64,000 nucleotides of DNA from an uncultured Kofleriaceae bacterium (GCA_964516435.1 CAZEZP010000102.1:246-64245); one strand, 5' to 3'; positions 8,697 to 18,146 are shown, counted from the first letter of the stretch. A program made the numbers and translations. The notes: generated from the sequence alone by a model not told the origin.

Positions 8697-11600
8697 ATGA
8701 AAGCCCGAATCCTTCTTTCCTCCCTCCTCGCGCTCGCGCTGTTCTCCCACTGTGACGACGGCGGCAAGAAAAAAACCGACAAATGCAAGGACGTCACATG
8801 CGGCACGAACGCCCACTGCAACGCCGACACGGGCGCCTGCGTCTGCGACGATGGCTACACGGGCGATCCCGACACCGGCTGCACGGCAGGCAATCTGTGC
8901 GACAACGTCACGTGCGGCACGAACGCCCACTGCAACCCGAATACCGGCGCCTGCGTCTGCGATGACGGCTACGTGGGCGATCCTGCCACGGAATGCACGG
9001 CCTCCACGCTGTGCGAAAACGTGACCTGCGGCGCGAATGCCACCTGCAATCCCAATACCGGCGCCTGCGAGTGCAATGACGGCTACATCGGCAATCCGAA
9101 CACGGGCTGCACGCCCGAAGGGCACTGCGAAGCCAATACCTGTTCCGGGCACGGCACCTGCGACGACACGAGTGGCACCGTGGTCTGCACCTGCGACACG
9201 GGCTACGCCGGCACCTACTGCGACACCTGCGACACGGTCAACGGCTATAGTCCCGATCCGCAGAATCCCGGCACCTGCGTCTTCAATCCCTGCGTGCCCG
9301 ATCCCTGCTACGGGCACGGCACCTGCACCGTGGAAAACGGTCTGCCCGTGTGCACCTGCAATACGGGCTACACCGGTGGCAACTGCAACCGCTGCGACAC
9401 CGCCAATGGCTATGAAATCGACCCGCAGAACCCGTCCAACTGCATCCTCAGCCCATGCTGGGGATATGATTGCGGGCACGGCACCTGCACCGTCGTCAAC
9501 AGCCAACCCACCTGCACGTGCGACACGGGCTATACCGGCACCAACTGCGGCACCTGTGATGCGGCGAATCACTACATCGCATCCAACGCCAATCCCGGCA
9601 CCTGCATCCTCGATCCCTGCCGCAACCAGACGTGCTCGAATCACGGCACCTGCTCCTTGAGCGCCACGGACACGGCCGTGTGCACCTGCGCCACCGGCTA
9701 CGCCGGCACAACTTGCAACGCCTGCGATACTGCCAACGGCTATATCGCTTCCACCGTCATGCCCGGCACCTGCATCCTCAATCCCTGCCTGAGCCAGACC
9801 TGCTCCGGACACGGCACCTGCTCCGTCGTCAACGACGCCGCCGCCTGCACCTGCGCCACCGGCTGGACCGGCCCCACCTGCTCCACCTGCGCAACGGGCT
9901 ACACCGGCACCAACTGCGACGCCTGCGATACTGCCAACGGCTATATCGCCTCCACCGTCACGCCCGGCACCTGCATCCTCACTCCCTGCCTGAGCCAGAC
10001 CTGCTCCGGACACGGCACCTGCTCCGTCGTCAACGACGCCGCCGCCTGCACCTGCGACACGGGCTACGCCGGCACCACCTGCTCCACCTGCGACACGGCC
10101 GGCGGCTACGTCGCCTCCAACGCCAATCCGGGCACCTGCATCGTGAACCCCTGCACGGCGTCCACCTGCTCCGGGCACGGCACCTGCTCGCTCACCCTGC
10201 TCGATGACCCGCAGTGCACGTGCGATGCCGGCTACGTGGGCGCTTCCTGCGATGCCTGCGATACGGTCAACGGCTATTTCGAGTATCCGATCGGATCCGG
10301 CACCTGCGTGGACGGCTCGTTCCTCCTGCCGGGCGATCTGACCATCACGGAAATCATGATCCTCTCCACCACCACGCCGGTGGAAAACGGCCAGTGGTTC
10401 GAAATCACCAACACGTCCGCCACGGCCAAGCGCATGGCGGGAATCACCCTGTGGGCCGATGCGGCCAGCGCGGAATTCCCCTCGGATTCCCCGCTGATCC
10501 TGGGTCCCGGCGAGCGCCTGGTGGTGGGCCGCAACCCCGACTTCGGGCAGAACGGCGGCATCACGGTGAACCAACTCATGGCGGGCCTCGCCCTGGTTGC
10601 CAGCGACGGCACGATCGAAATCGAACGCACCTCCGACGGCCAGACCATCGACATCGTGACCTGGGACGGCACCTGGAACCACCAGGCGGGCCGATCGCTT
10701 TCGCTCTCCCCGGCGGCGCCCGGCAACCTGGCCGCCACGCTCAACGACTCCCGCTTCCACTGGTGCTTCGGCGCTGCGACCTACGGCACCGGCACGATGT
10801 ACGGCACGCCCGGCGACCCCAACAACGACTGCCGCGTCACCTGGTGCGGCCTGCAGCATCCGGCCTCCACGACGGTGGACCAACTGAACCCCACCGAACT
10901 CATCTACGGCCAGGTCTACGATGCGCTTTTGACCGTGGGCCAGGACTTCTCCCCGTTCATCACCGCGCAGGTGGGCTACGGCGCGACCGGCACGGCGCCG
11001 GAATCCTGGACCAACTGGGTTTCGGCCGCCTACAACCCGGCCATGACCGGCTCCAACAACGAGGAGTTCATGGGCACGCTGACCCCGGCGCTGCCCGGCA
11101 CGTTCGACTATCTCTACCGCGTCTCCACCGACGGCGGCCTGTCCTACCAGTACTGCTACTGGTATGCCGACGGCACCTCGCGCGGCACGCTCACGGTCAA
11201 CGCCTCCGTGCCCTGCTCCCCGCAGGTGGTCATCAGCGACGTCTACGGAGGCGGCGGTAGCACCGGCGCCACCTGGATCAACGACTTCGTCGTGCTGCAC
11301 AACCGCAGCCTCACGCAGACGGCAAATATCTCCGGCTGGTCTCTGCAGTACACGTCGGCTACTGGAGTTTCTTGGTCTTCGCAAAAACTCAACTTGAACG
11401 GAACCATCCCTCCGGGCGGCTATTACCTGATCAGGCTGGCAGGAGGAACAACCAATGGCGCCGAAATTCCAACGCCTGACGCCACAGGTGGATTCAACCT
11501 CAGTGCAACCGCCGGGAAAATCGCCCTCGTCTCCAGCACCACGGCGCTGAGCGGCAATTGCCCGACGGGACCCCAGATCGTCGACTTCGTGGGCTACGGT

Positions 11601-11795
11601 TCCACAGCCGACTGCTCCGAGGGTTCGGGCCCCACGCTGACCCTCTCGAACACGACGTCCGGCCTGCGGCGCAACGATGGCTGCACGGACACCAACAACA
11701 ACGCGGCCGACTTCGAGATCTTCACCTTCTCCACGACTACACCCGAGCCGCCCAAGAACTCCGCGTCGCCCGCCGTCTCCTGCGGCTGCATCTGA
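8697..11795 (+). CDS. large Cys-rich lipoprotein: 10 EGF/laminin-EGF-like repeats, two lamin-tail-like domains and an Ig-like domain
   Basis: Lipobox FSHC. Three 38-aa repeats, then seven C..C.GHGTC..CTC.TGY.G..C..C units. LTDs LTITEIM..GQWFEI.N and VVISDVYGGGG..NDFVVLHN. Confidence 0.85.
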   Translation: MKARILLSSLLALALFSHCDDGGKKKTDKCKDVTCGTNAHCNADTGACVCDDGYTGDPDTGCTAGNLCDNVTCGTNAHCNPNTGACVCDDGYVGDPATECTASTLCENVTCGANATCNPNTGACECNDGYIGNPNTGCTPEGHCEANTCSGHGTCDDTSGTVVCTCDTGYAGTYCDTCDTVNGYSPDPQNPGTCVFNPCVPDPCYGHGTCTVENGLPVCTCNTGYTGGNCNRCDTANGYEIDPQNPSNCILSPCWGYDCGHGTCTVVNSQPTCTCDTGYTGTNCGTCDAANHYIASNANPGTCILDPCRNQTCSNHGTCSLSATDTAVCTCATGYAGTTCNACDTANGYIASTVMPGTCILNPCLSQTCSGHGTCSVVNDAAACTCATGWTGPTCSTCATGYTGTNCDACDTANGYIASTVTPGTCILTPCLSQTCSGHGTCSVVNDAAACTCDTGYAGTTCSTCDTAGGYVASNANPGTCIVNPCTASTCSGHGTCSLTLLDDPQCTCDAGYVGASCDACDTVNGYFEYPIGSGTCVDGSFLLPGDLTITEIMILSTTTPVENGQWFEITNTSATAKRMAGITLWADAASAEFPSDSPLILGPGERLVVGRNPDFGQNGGITVNQLMAGLALVASDGTIEIERTSDGQTIDIVTWDGTWNHQAGRSLSLSPAAPGNLAATLNDSRFHWCFGAATYGTGTMYGTPGDPNNDCRVTWCGLQHPASTTVDQLNPTELIYGQVYDALLTVGQDFSPFITAQVGYGATGTAPESWTNWVSAAYNPAMTGSNNEEFMGTLTPALPGTFDYLYRVSTDGGLSYQYCYWYADGTSRGTLTVNASVPCSPQVVISDVYGGGGSTGATWINDFVVLHNRSLTQTANISGWSLQYTSATGVSWSSQKLNLNGTIPPGGYYLIRLAGGTTNGAEIPTPDATGGFNLSATAGKIALVSSTTALSGNCPTGPQIVDFVGYGSTADCSEGSGPTLTLSNTTSGLRRNDGCTDTNNNAADFEIFTFSTTTPEPPKNSASPAVSCGCI
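8793..9110 (+). repeat. three tandem 114-bp EGF-like coding repeats
   Basis: GTCAC(A/G)TGCGGCACGAACGCCCACTGCAAC at 8793 and 8907. The third copy is more diverged. Confidence 0.8.
9721..10056 (+). repeat. recent 135-bp direct duplication (9721-9855 and 9922-10056)
   Basis: The copies differ at only three positions by eye. Period is 201 bp. Confidence 0.85.
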
Positions 11796-11841
11796 TCCCC
11801 CACGAAAGGCGCCTGGCGCCGCCTTCGCCCCGCGGTTTTCG

Positions 11842-13287
11842 ATGTCCGCCCCGAAAACGCTCGATCTGAACGCCGCCGAACTGGCGCAGGCCGTGCGCGA
11901 ACTGGACGCGATGCTCGCGGGGAAGCGCTTCTCGCGCTTCGTGGAGGCCTCCCCCCGCTGCCTGCTGTGGCTCGGTCCCGCCTGCGATCTGGCCATCGAC
12001 TGCACGCCGGGCTTCGTGCACGCCTGCGCCGTCTCGCACCGGCGCGCCCGGGGCGAGGTCTCCCCCTTCACCATGCTGCTGCGCAAGCACATCGGGGGCA
12101 CGCCGGTGGCGCGCATCGTGCAGCCGCGCCCCCACGACCGCATCCTGCGGGTGGAGTTCGTCTCGGGCCTCGCCGTCTCCTGCGAACTGACCGGGCGGCA
12201 CGCCAACGTCTTCCTCGTGGACGCCGGGGGGCTCATCCTGGGCTCCTTCTTCCCGCCGCACAGCGTCACGCGCCCGCTGCACCCCGGCGCCCCCTACACC
12301 CTGCCTCCGGAACCGGCCCCGGACGCCGCCGGCCCGGAAACTTCACGCTTTCCCGAGAAGGCGCCCGGCGCCGCGATGGAGGACTACTTCGCCCGGGCCA
12401 TGCGCGCGCAGGCCGCCCGGCAGGCCCATCAGGCCGCAATCACGCAGGTCCGCCGGGAAATCGCGCGGCTTTCGCGCCTCGTGGAGCGCCTGCAGGCGGA
12501 TCGCGACCGCAACCGCGCGCGGGAGGAAGGCAAAACCAAAGGCCAACTCTTCCTGCAGGCCATCGATGCCTGGCCCGAGGGCGCCCGGACGCTTCAATTC
12601 ACGCCCTACGATGCGCAAACCCCAGTGGAACTGACCCTGCCGGAGGGCTGCCGCACGCCGGCGCAGGCGGCGCAATGGCACTTCCAGCAGTACAAGAAGG
12701 CCCGCCGGGGCGCGGAAATCATTGAAAGCCGCATTCGCGAATTTCAATATCAAATCCAATTGCAGAAAGAAAAATTGCAATCGCTTCTTGCAATCAACCC
12801 CGAAGAATTTCAATTGCCTCCGCCGATTTCCCCGCCATCCGCCCGCCCGAAAAAGGCGTCCTCCGGGTCTTCCCCCCGCAAGGCCGATGATTCCGGCATC
12901 CGCACGTTCACATCTTCGGATGGCTTTCCCATCCGCGTGGGGAAATCGGCCGCGGACAACCACCGGCTCACGTTCCAGATCGCCCGGGGCGAAGATCTCT
13001 GGCTGCATGCGCGCGACGTGCCCGGCGCCCACGTGGTGGTATTCGGCGCGCAGAAGGGGGCCGTGCCGGAAACCACCCTCCGGGAGGCCGCCATGCTGGC
13101 CCTGTTCTACTCGGATGCGCGCCGGGAGGGCCGCGGATTCGTGCACGTGGCGCCGCGCAAGTGGGTGCGGCCCGTGCCCCGGCGCACGGGCGAGGTCACC
13201 CTGTCCTCTCCCAGAAGCCTGTTCGTGGAAATCGACGCCGCCGTGCTGCAACTCCTCCAGGCGTCTCGCCCCGGCGCGCAGGACTGA
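11842..13287 (+). CDS. rqcH: Rqc2/RqcH (NFACT, FbpA-like) ribosome quality-control protein
   Basis: NFACT-N motifs PHDRILRVEF and ELTGRHANVFLVD, coiled coil with AQWHFQQYKK, NFACT-R IRVGKSAADN..LWLHARDVPGAHVV. Confidence 0.85.
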   Translation: MSAPKTLDLNAAELAQAVRELDAMLAGKRFSRFVEASPRCLLWLGPACDLAIDCTPGFVHACAVSHRRARGEVSPFTMLLRKHIGGTPVARIVQPRPHDRILRVEFVSGLAVSCELTGRHANVFLVDAGGLILGSFFPPHSVTRPLHPGAPYTLPPEPAPDAAGPETSRFPEKAPGAAMEDYFARAMRAQAARQAHQAAITQVRREIARLSRLVERLQADRDRNRAREEGKTKGQLFLQAIDAWPEGARTLQFTPYDAQTPVELTLPEGCRTPAQAAQWHFQQYKKARRGAEIIESRIREFQYQIQLQKEKLQSLLAINPEEFQLPPPISPPSARPKKASSGSSPRKADDSGIRTFTSSDGFPIRVGKSAADNHRLTFQIARGEDLWLHARDVPGAHVVVFGAQKGAVPETTLREAAMLALFYSDARREGRGFVHVAPRKWVRPVPRRTGEVTLSSPRSLFVEIDAAVLQLLQASRPGAQD

Positions 13288-14133
13288 TCACCCGTCCGTC
13301 TGGCTTTTTCCCCGGAAAGTCCGGGCGATCGGCGACTTCTGCACGTCGAAGCGGGCCGCCATGCGCGCAAGCGTCTCCACGCGATGCGGGGAGCCAGCCA
13401 CCCGCAGAAAGGCCGAAAGAACGGGTTCCGGGACCGCCGGCCGCAGCCGGCACACGCGGGCGAGCGCCTGCCCCGCCTGCCGGATGTGCGCTGGCAGGGC
13501 GCCGGCATCGATGCGGGCGTCGAGTGCGGCGGCAACGGCCAGGCTCAACTCCACCGGCCAGGAACGCGGAAAAAACGCCCGTGCCTCGGAGAGCGCCTCC
13601 GGAACGCGCTCCAGGATCCGGTGCACGTCCTCGAGCCAGCCGGCATCGAGCATCCAGCCGTGGTTGTAGGCGTGCAGCAGCACGAACCCCAGATGCCGCC
13701 CCGGCGCGGGCAGCGGCAGGGAAAACCCGCCGCCGTCGATGGCGATCGCCTCCCCGACGAAGGCGTCCAGCAACGGGCGCGGCGTCGTCCACTCGCGGGT
13801 GAAATCGTGGTGCAGTTCCACCGGAAGCACGTTTTCACGGCGCAGGGTCCAGTGCATGGAGAGATCTTCATCGGGCGGGACCGGGACGTAGCCCTTCTCC
13901 ATCAGCACGGCGACGGCCGCGCCGAAATCCCGCGGGCGAACGAAGATGTCGAGATCCGAAAACCGGCGCGCGAACGGGTCGGGCCACACCCACAGGGCCA
14001 GCCCGGCCCCCTTCACCAGCACCCAGCTAATACCGGCCGCGGCCAGGGTTTCCGACAGTTCCTGGAGTTGGTCGAGCGCTCCCAGCAGATGGAGCCGGGA
14101 AGAAATCGCATCGGCATCAGAAGTCGAAGACAT
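13288..14133 (-). CDS. nucleotidyltransferase family protein (NTP_transf_5-like)
   Basis: VLVKGAGLA..RRFSDLDIFVRPRDF and VELHH. Start placed at MSSTSD. Confidence 0.75.
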   Translation of the reverse strand: MSSTSDADAISSRLHLLGALDQLQELSETLAAAGISWVLVKGAGLALWVWPDPFARRFSDLDIFVRPRDFGAAVAVLMEKGYVPVPPDEDLSMHWTLRRENVLPVELHHDFTREWTTPRPLLDAFVGEAIAIDGGGFSLPLPAPGRHLGFVLLHAYNHGWMLDAGWLEDVHRILERVPEALSEARAFFPRSWPVELSLAVAAALDARIDAGALPAHIRQAGQALARVCRLRPAVPEPVLSAFLRVAGSPHRVETLARMAARFDVQKSPIARTFRGKSQTDG

Positions 14134-14216
14134 GCGCGAACCTCGGGGGGCGAACCGGAAAGACGCCCCCCGCACGGTAGCGGTTCGTGCCTGGATGTGC
14201 AAGCGTCAGGAAGGAA

Positions 14217-15359
14217 TCAGCGGTTTTCCACCGTGATGGCCACGGGAGCCGCGCCGGTATTGGTGAGTACGGAGAAGGAGGCGGCATCCTGCTGCAGCGC
14301 GCCGCGGAAAAACGCCGTCAGATGGCCGGAGACAAGCTGCAAAAACAGTTCTGGCGTGGGGCCGCCAGCGCACACGGTGCACACCATGCCGCAGGAAGCA
14401 TCGGGATCGAGCATGTCGTTGTGGCCGTAGTCGGTGGCCACCACGTGCCAGGCGGGCGCAGCGGAAGCTTCATAGAACTGTACGTGGTTGTCGCCCTCGG
14501 GGGCGCAGGGCTGGTTGAATCCCGAACTCTGCGGCCCCAGGCCGGTGCCCAGCACATAGGAGGGGAACGGGAAATTGAACGGCCCGGTCACCACGCGCTC
14601 CTCCCCGCCCAGAGGCCCGCCGGTGCCATCCACCGGATCCACGCCGGCCACGGCCAGCGCCAGCGCCGGATTGGCCTTGAGTACCATCCAGGCCACCTTG
14701 CCGCCGCGGGAATGGCCGGAATACCCCACCCGCTGCGTGTAGGGGACCACCGTGCCCAGCAGGCCGGGCAACTGTGAATCCACCCAGGCGCGCACCTCCG
14801 CCGCGGCCGCGGCTTCCTCGGCGGTGCTGGGCTTGCCCAGCGGCAGGCCGTCGGCCGCATACATCTGCGGAGCCACCACGACGAAGCCGTGGGAAGCCAC
14901 GTGGGAGAGCATCGTGGAATACCAGGCCGAACTCATGAGAAAGCCATGCTGGAAAATGACCACGGCATACGTGCCGGCCTCCTGCGGATGCCAGATGCGG
15001 ATCAACCTGGGAGCGCCCGAATCGCCCTGCGCTACCTCGCGGAACTGCACGGCCAGCGGTCCGGCAGCGAACGGATCGGAGGTGTCGACGTACACGGGAC
15101 TCGTAGTGTTGTTGGTGTTGTTCGTATTGTTGCTATTGTTTATATTATTCGCATTATTGGTATTGTTTGTATTGTTTACATTGTTTGTATTGTTTGCGTT
15201 ATTTAGATTGTTTGTATTATTGATATTATTTGTGTTGTTTGCGTTATTATTATTTGTATTATTCACATTGTTCTGATTGTTCGACTTGGATGTTCCCGAA
15301 TCGCAGGAAACCGAAAAGAGAACCGCCAGCAACAGAAGAAACCGTGGAAAAAATTTCAT
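14217..15359 (-). CDS. chlorophyllase-like alpha/beta hydrolase lipoprotein with Asn-rich linker
   Basis: Lipobox SVSC, VIFQHG, SHVASHGFVVVAPQ, nucleophile GHSRGGK, AGVDPVDG, YGHNDMLD. Confidence 0.82.
   Translation of the reverse strand: MKFFPRFLLLLAVLFSVSCDSGTSKSNNQNNVNNTNNNNANNTNNINNTNNLNNANNTNNVNNTNNTNNANNINNSNNTNNTNNTTSPVYVDTSDPFAAGPLAVQFREVAQGDSGAPRLIRIWHPQEAGTYAVVIFQHGFLMSSAWYSTMLSHVASHGFVVVAPQMYAADGLPLGKPSTAEEAAAAAEVRAWVDSQLPGLLGTVVPYTQRVGYSGHSRGGKVAWMVLKANPALALAVAGVDPVDGTGGPLGGEERVVTGPFNFPFPSYVLGTGLGPQSSGFNQPCAPEGDNHVQFYEASAAPAWHVVATDYGHNDMLDPDASCGMVCTVCAGGPTPELFLQLVSGHLTAFFRGALQQDAASFSVLTNTGAAPVAITVENR
15105..15281 (-). repeat. (Asn-Asn-X) tripeptide array of 19 units, low GC
   Basis: NNQNNVNNTNNNNANNTNNINNT...NNSNNTNNTNNT read from the translation. 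Confidence 0.9.
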
Positions 15360-15510
15360 GGCTCACCTCCTGCGCGGTAGCCTACCCGTTTTTCCGGCAA
15401 AATCAAGCAACACTCGTTATTTTTTATTTCCCCATGAATTTTCCATGAGCGGGCCATTGGAAGCCGTCCGGAAATCCGGTATGTATGGGACCCGTGCAGG
15501 AGATGGACGC

Positions 15511-16743
15511 ATGACGGACGAAAAACGGAACACGACGAGTTTTGCGGAAATGATGGCCCACGAAAACACCGGTTTCGCACGGCTGCAGCCCGGTGAAAAG
15601 GTGCGGGTCAAGGTCGTCAAGATCGGCCGCGAGTGGGTGTTCGTGGACACCGGCCGCAAGGGCGAGGGCGTGGTGGACGTCCGGGAAGTGATGGACGCCC
15701 AGGGACGCCCCATGGTCCGGGAAGGCGAAATGATCGACGCCTTCTTCCGTGAATCTGCGGGCGGCGAACTGCGCTTCAGCGTGCGCTTGGGCAAGGGCGC
15801 GGGCGCCGATCTTTCCGCATACGAGGACGCCTACCATTCCCGCATTCCCGTGGAAGGCGTGGTGCAGCGGGAAATCAAGGGCGGCTACGAGGTGATGCTG
15901 GGCGGCTCGGTGCGGGCTTTCTGCCCCTACTCCCAGATGTCGCTGCACCGCACGGAGCCCTCGGTCTGGATCAACACCCGCACCACCTTCCACATCGTGC
16001 AGTTCGAGGAAAAGGGCCGCAACATCGTGCTCTCGCGCCGGCAAATCGAGGAAGAGCAGCAGGCCGAGCAGCGCGCCCGCCTGGCCGAGACCCTCAAGCC
16101 CGGCATGGTCGTGACGGGCGTGGTCACCTCCATCCGCGATTTCGGCGCGTTCGTGGACTTCGGCGGAGCCGATGGCCTCGTGCCAAAATCCGAGATTTCC
16201 TACGACCCCAAGGCCGACATCCACCAGTTGCTGGCCGTGGGGCAGTCGCTGCCGGTGCGCATCCTGGAACTGGATTTCCACCGCAACAAGCACCTGCTGA
16301 GCATCAAGCAGGTAGGGCCCGATCCGTGGGAAAACATCGTGGACCGCTTCCCCGCGGGCACGCACGTGACGGGACGCGTCTCGCGCCTGGCCCCGTTCGG
16401 TGCCTTCATCCGGCTGGCCGACGGCGTGGACGGGCTGATGCACATCTCCGCGATGAAACTGGGCAAGCGCATCGGGCATCCGAAGGAAGTGCTCTCCGAA
16501 GGCGACGAGGTGCCGGTGGTTGTGGAAGAGGTCAATCCCGATACCAAGCGCATCTCGCTGTCCTGGGACCGGGAACCGCCCGTGCCCGAGAACGCGCCCC
16601 CGGCGGAACCCGAAGCCCCGTCCTGGAACGAAATCAAGTCCAGGTTCCAGGAATCCGGCGATTCCTCCATGGGGCTTTTCGGGCAACTGCTGCAGAAGAA
16701 ACTCTCCGAATCCCCTTCTTCCCCCAGGAACCGCAAGAAATAG
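15511..16743 (+). CDS. multi-S1-domain RNA-binding protein (ribosomal protein S1-like)
   Basis: Four S1 domains, e.g. [30 protein letters not shown] and [26 protein letters not shown]. Confidence 0.88.
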   Translation: MTDEKRNTTSFAEMMAHENTGFARLQPGEKVRVKVVKIGREWVFVDTGRKGEGVVDVREVMDAQGRPMVREGEMIDAFFRESAGGELRFSVRLGKGAGADLSAYEDAYHSRIPVEGVVQREIKGGYEVMLGGSVRAFCPYSQMSLHRTEPSVWINTRTTFHIVQFEEKGRNIVLSRRQIEEEQQAEQRARLAETLKPGMVVTGVVTSIRDFGAFVDFGGADGLVPKSEISYDPKADIHQLLAVGQSLPVRILELDFHRNKHLLSIKQVGPDPWENIVDRFPAGTHVTGRVSRLAPFGAFIRLADGVDGLMHISAMKLGKRIGHPKEVLSEGDEVPVVVEEVNPDTKRISLSWDREPPVPENAPPAEPEAPSWNEIKSRFQESGDSSMGLFGQLLQKKLSESPSSPRNRKK

Positions 16744-16826
16744 GCGTGGCCGCTTCCATCCGGTCCGTCAGTTCGGGCGCGCGCATGCGTCCATCCTGAA
16801 GCCAGTGGCGATGGGGAGGTGATTTC

Positions 16827-18134
16827 ATGATGTCGTCTGCGGTTCTCATCGGCCTGAACATCGTGACCCTTCTGGCTTTGCTCCTGCTTCTCGCGCGCCT
16901 TTCGCGCCTGACGTCCGGCAGCGCCGGAAACACGCAGAACCTGCAGGATGAGATGCGCAGCCTGCGGATGGAATGGACACAGTGGGGAAAACTCCTGCGC
17001 GAGGAAATCGCGGGAAGCTCCCAGGCCGCCATGGCGCTTCTGCACCAGAACCAGAACACGTTCGCCGAAACCCAGCGCCAGCAGTTGAAGGACGTGCAGG
17101 ACCGCATGAACCAACTGCTGATGGTCGTGCAGAACCAGTTGAACCAGATGCGCGAGGGGATCGAGAAGCGCGTGGCGGGCCTGCAGGAGGGCAATGAACG
17201 AAAACTCGAGGAAATGCGCCGGCTGGTGGATGAGAAACTGCACGAATCGCTGGAGAAGCGCCTTGGCGAATCCTTCAAAATCGTCAGCGAACGGCTGGAG
17301 GCGGTCCACAAGGGCCTGGGCGAAATGCAGAATCTCGCCGCCGGCGTGGGGGATCTGAAGCGGGTGCTTTCCAACGTCAAGGCGCGCGGCACGTGGGGCG
17401 AAATGCAGTTGGGCGCCATCCTCGAACAGGTCCTGGCGCCGGGACAGTATGAAAGGAACGTGAAAGTCAATCCGGCCAAAAACCTTCTGGTGGAATACGC
17501 CGTGCGGCTACCGGGTCCATCCGGGGAACAGGGGGATGGTGTGTGGCTGCCCATCGACGCGAAGTTTCCGCAGGAAGACTACCTGCGCCTGCAGGCCGCC
17601 GCGGAGAAGGCCGACGAGAACGCCGTCCAGGAAGCCGTACGCGGGCTGGAGAAAGCCATCCTCAAGGCAGCCGAAGACATCCACCAGAAATACGTGTGCC
17701 CGCCCCACTCCACGGACTTCGCCATCCTCTTCCTGCCCACGGAGGGCCTGTACGCGGAAGTGCTGCGCAACCCGAACCTCGCGGGCGACCTGCTGGTGAA
17801 GCATCGCGTGGTGCCGGCGGGGCCCACCACGATGGCGGCCATCCTGAGCAGCCTGCGCCTGGGGTTCCAGACGCTGGCCATCCAGCGGCGCTCCGCGGAG
17901 GTCTGGACCATGCTGGGCGCCGTGAAGACGGAATTCCAGAAGTTCGCGGAGCAACTGGGGAAAGTCAAGAAAAACCTGAACGCGGCCATTGGCAACCTGG
18001 AAAGAACGGAAACCCGCACCCGGGCCATCACGCGCGCCCTGAAAAACGTGGAGAAACTGCCCGAAAATCAGGTGCAGACGTATTTTCCAGAAACGCAAAC
18101 GGCCAGCGAAGAGGAGGAAGGGGAGGAGGATTGA
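16827..18134 (+). CDS. rmuC: DNA recombination protein RmuC
   Basis: N-terminal TM, coiled coil, NVKARGTWGEMQL, WLPIDAKFPQEDY, TDFAILFLPTEGLYAEV, GPTTMAAILSSLRLGF. Confidence 0.92.
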   Translation: MMSSAVLIGLNIVTLLALLLLLARLSRLTSGSAGNTQNLQDEMRSLRMEWTQWGKLLREEIAGSSQAAMALLHQNQNTFAETQRQQLKDVQDRMNQLLMVVQNQLNQMREGIEKRVAGLQEGNERKLEEMRRLVDEKLHESLEKRLGESFKIVSERLEAVHKGLGEMQNLAAGVGDLKRVLSNVKARGTWGEMQLGAILEQVLAPGQYERNVKVNPAKNLLVEYAVRLPGPSGEQGDGVWLPIDAKFPQEDYLRLQAAAEKADENAVQEAVRGLEKAILKAAEDIHQKYVCPPHSTDFAILFLPTEGLYAEVLRNPNLAGDLLVKHRVVPAGPTTMAAILSSLRLGFQTLAIQRRSAEVWTMLGAVKTEFQKFAEQLGKVKKNLNAAIGNLERTETRTRAITRALKNVEKLPENQVQTYFPETQTASEEEEGEED

Positions 18135-18146
18135 ACGACAGCCCGT

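Noticed and set aside
5992-12269. Very long antisense ORFs (878 aa, 1277 aa), likewise 27625-30717, 23361-25880 and 41669-43882
   Set aside because: They mirror real genes on the opposite strand. High GC3 suppresses antisense stops, and the translations have no motifs.
15511-16743. Calling the S1 protein rpsA
   Set aside because: Only four S1 domains and not in a cmk/ihfB context. It may be a paralogue.
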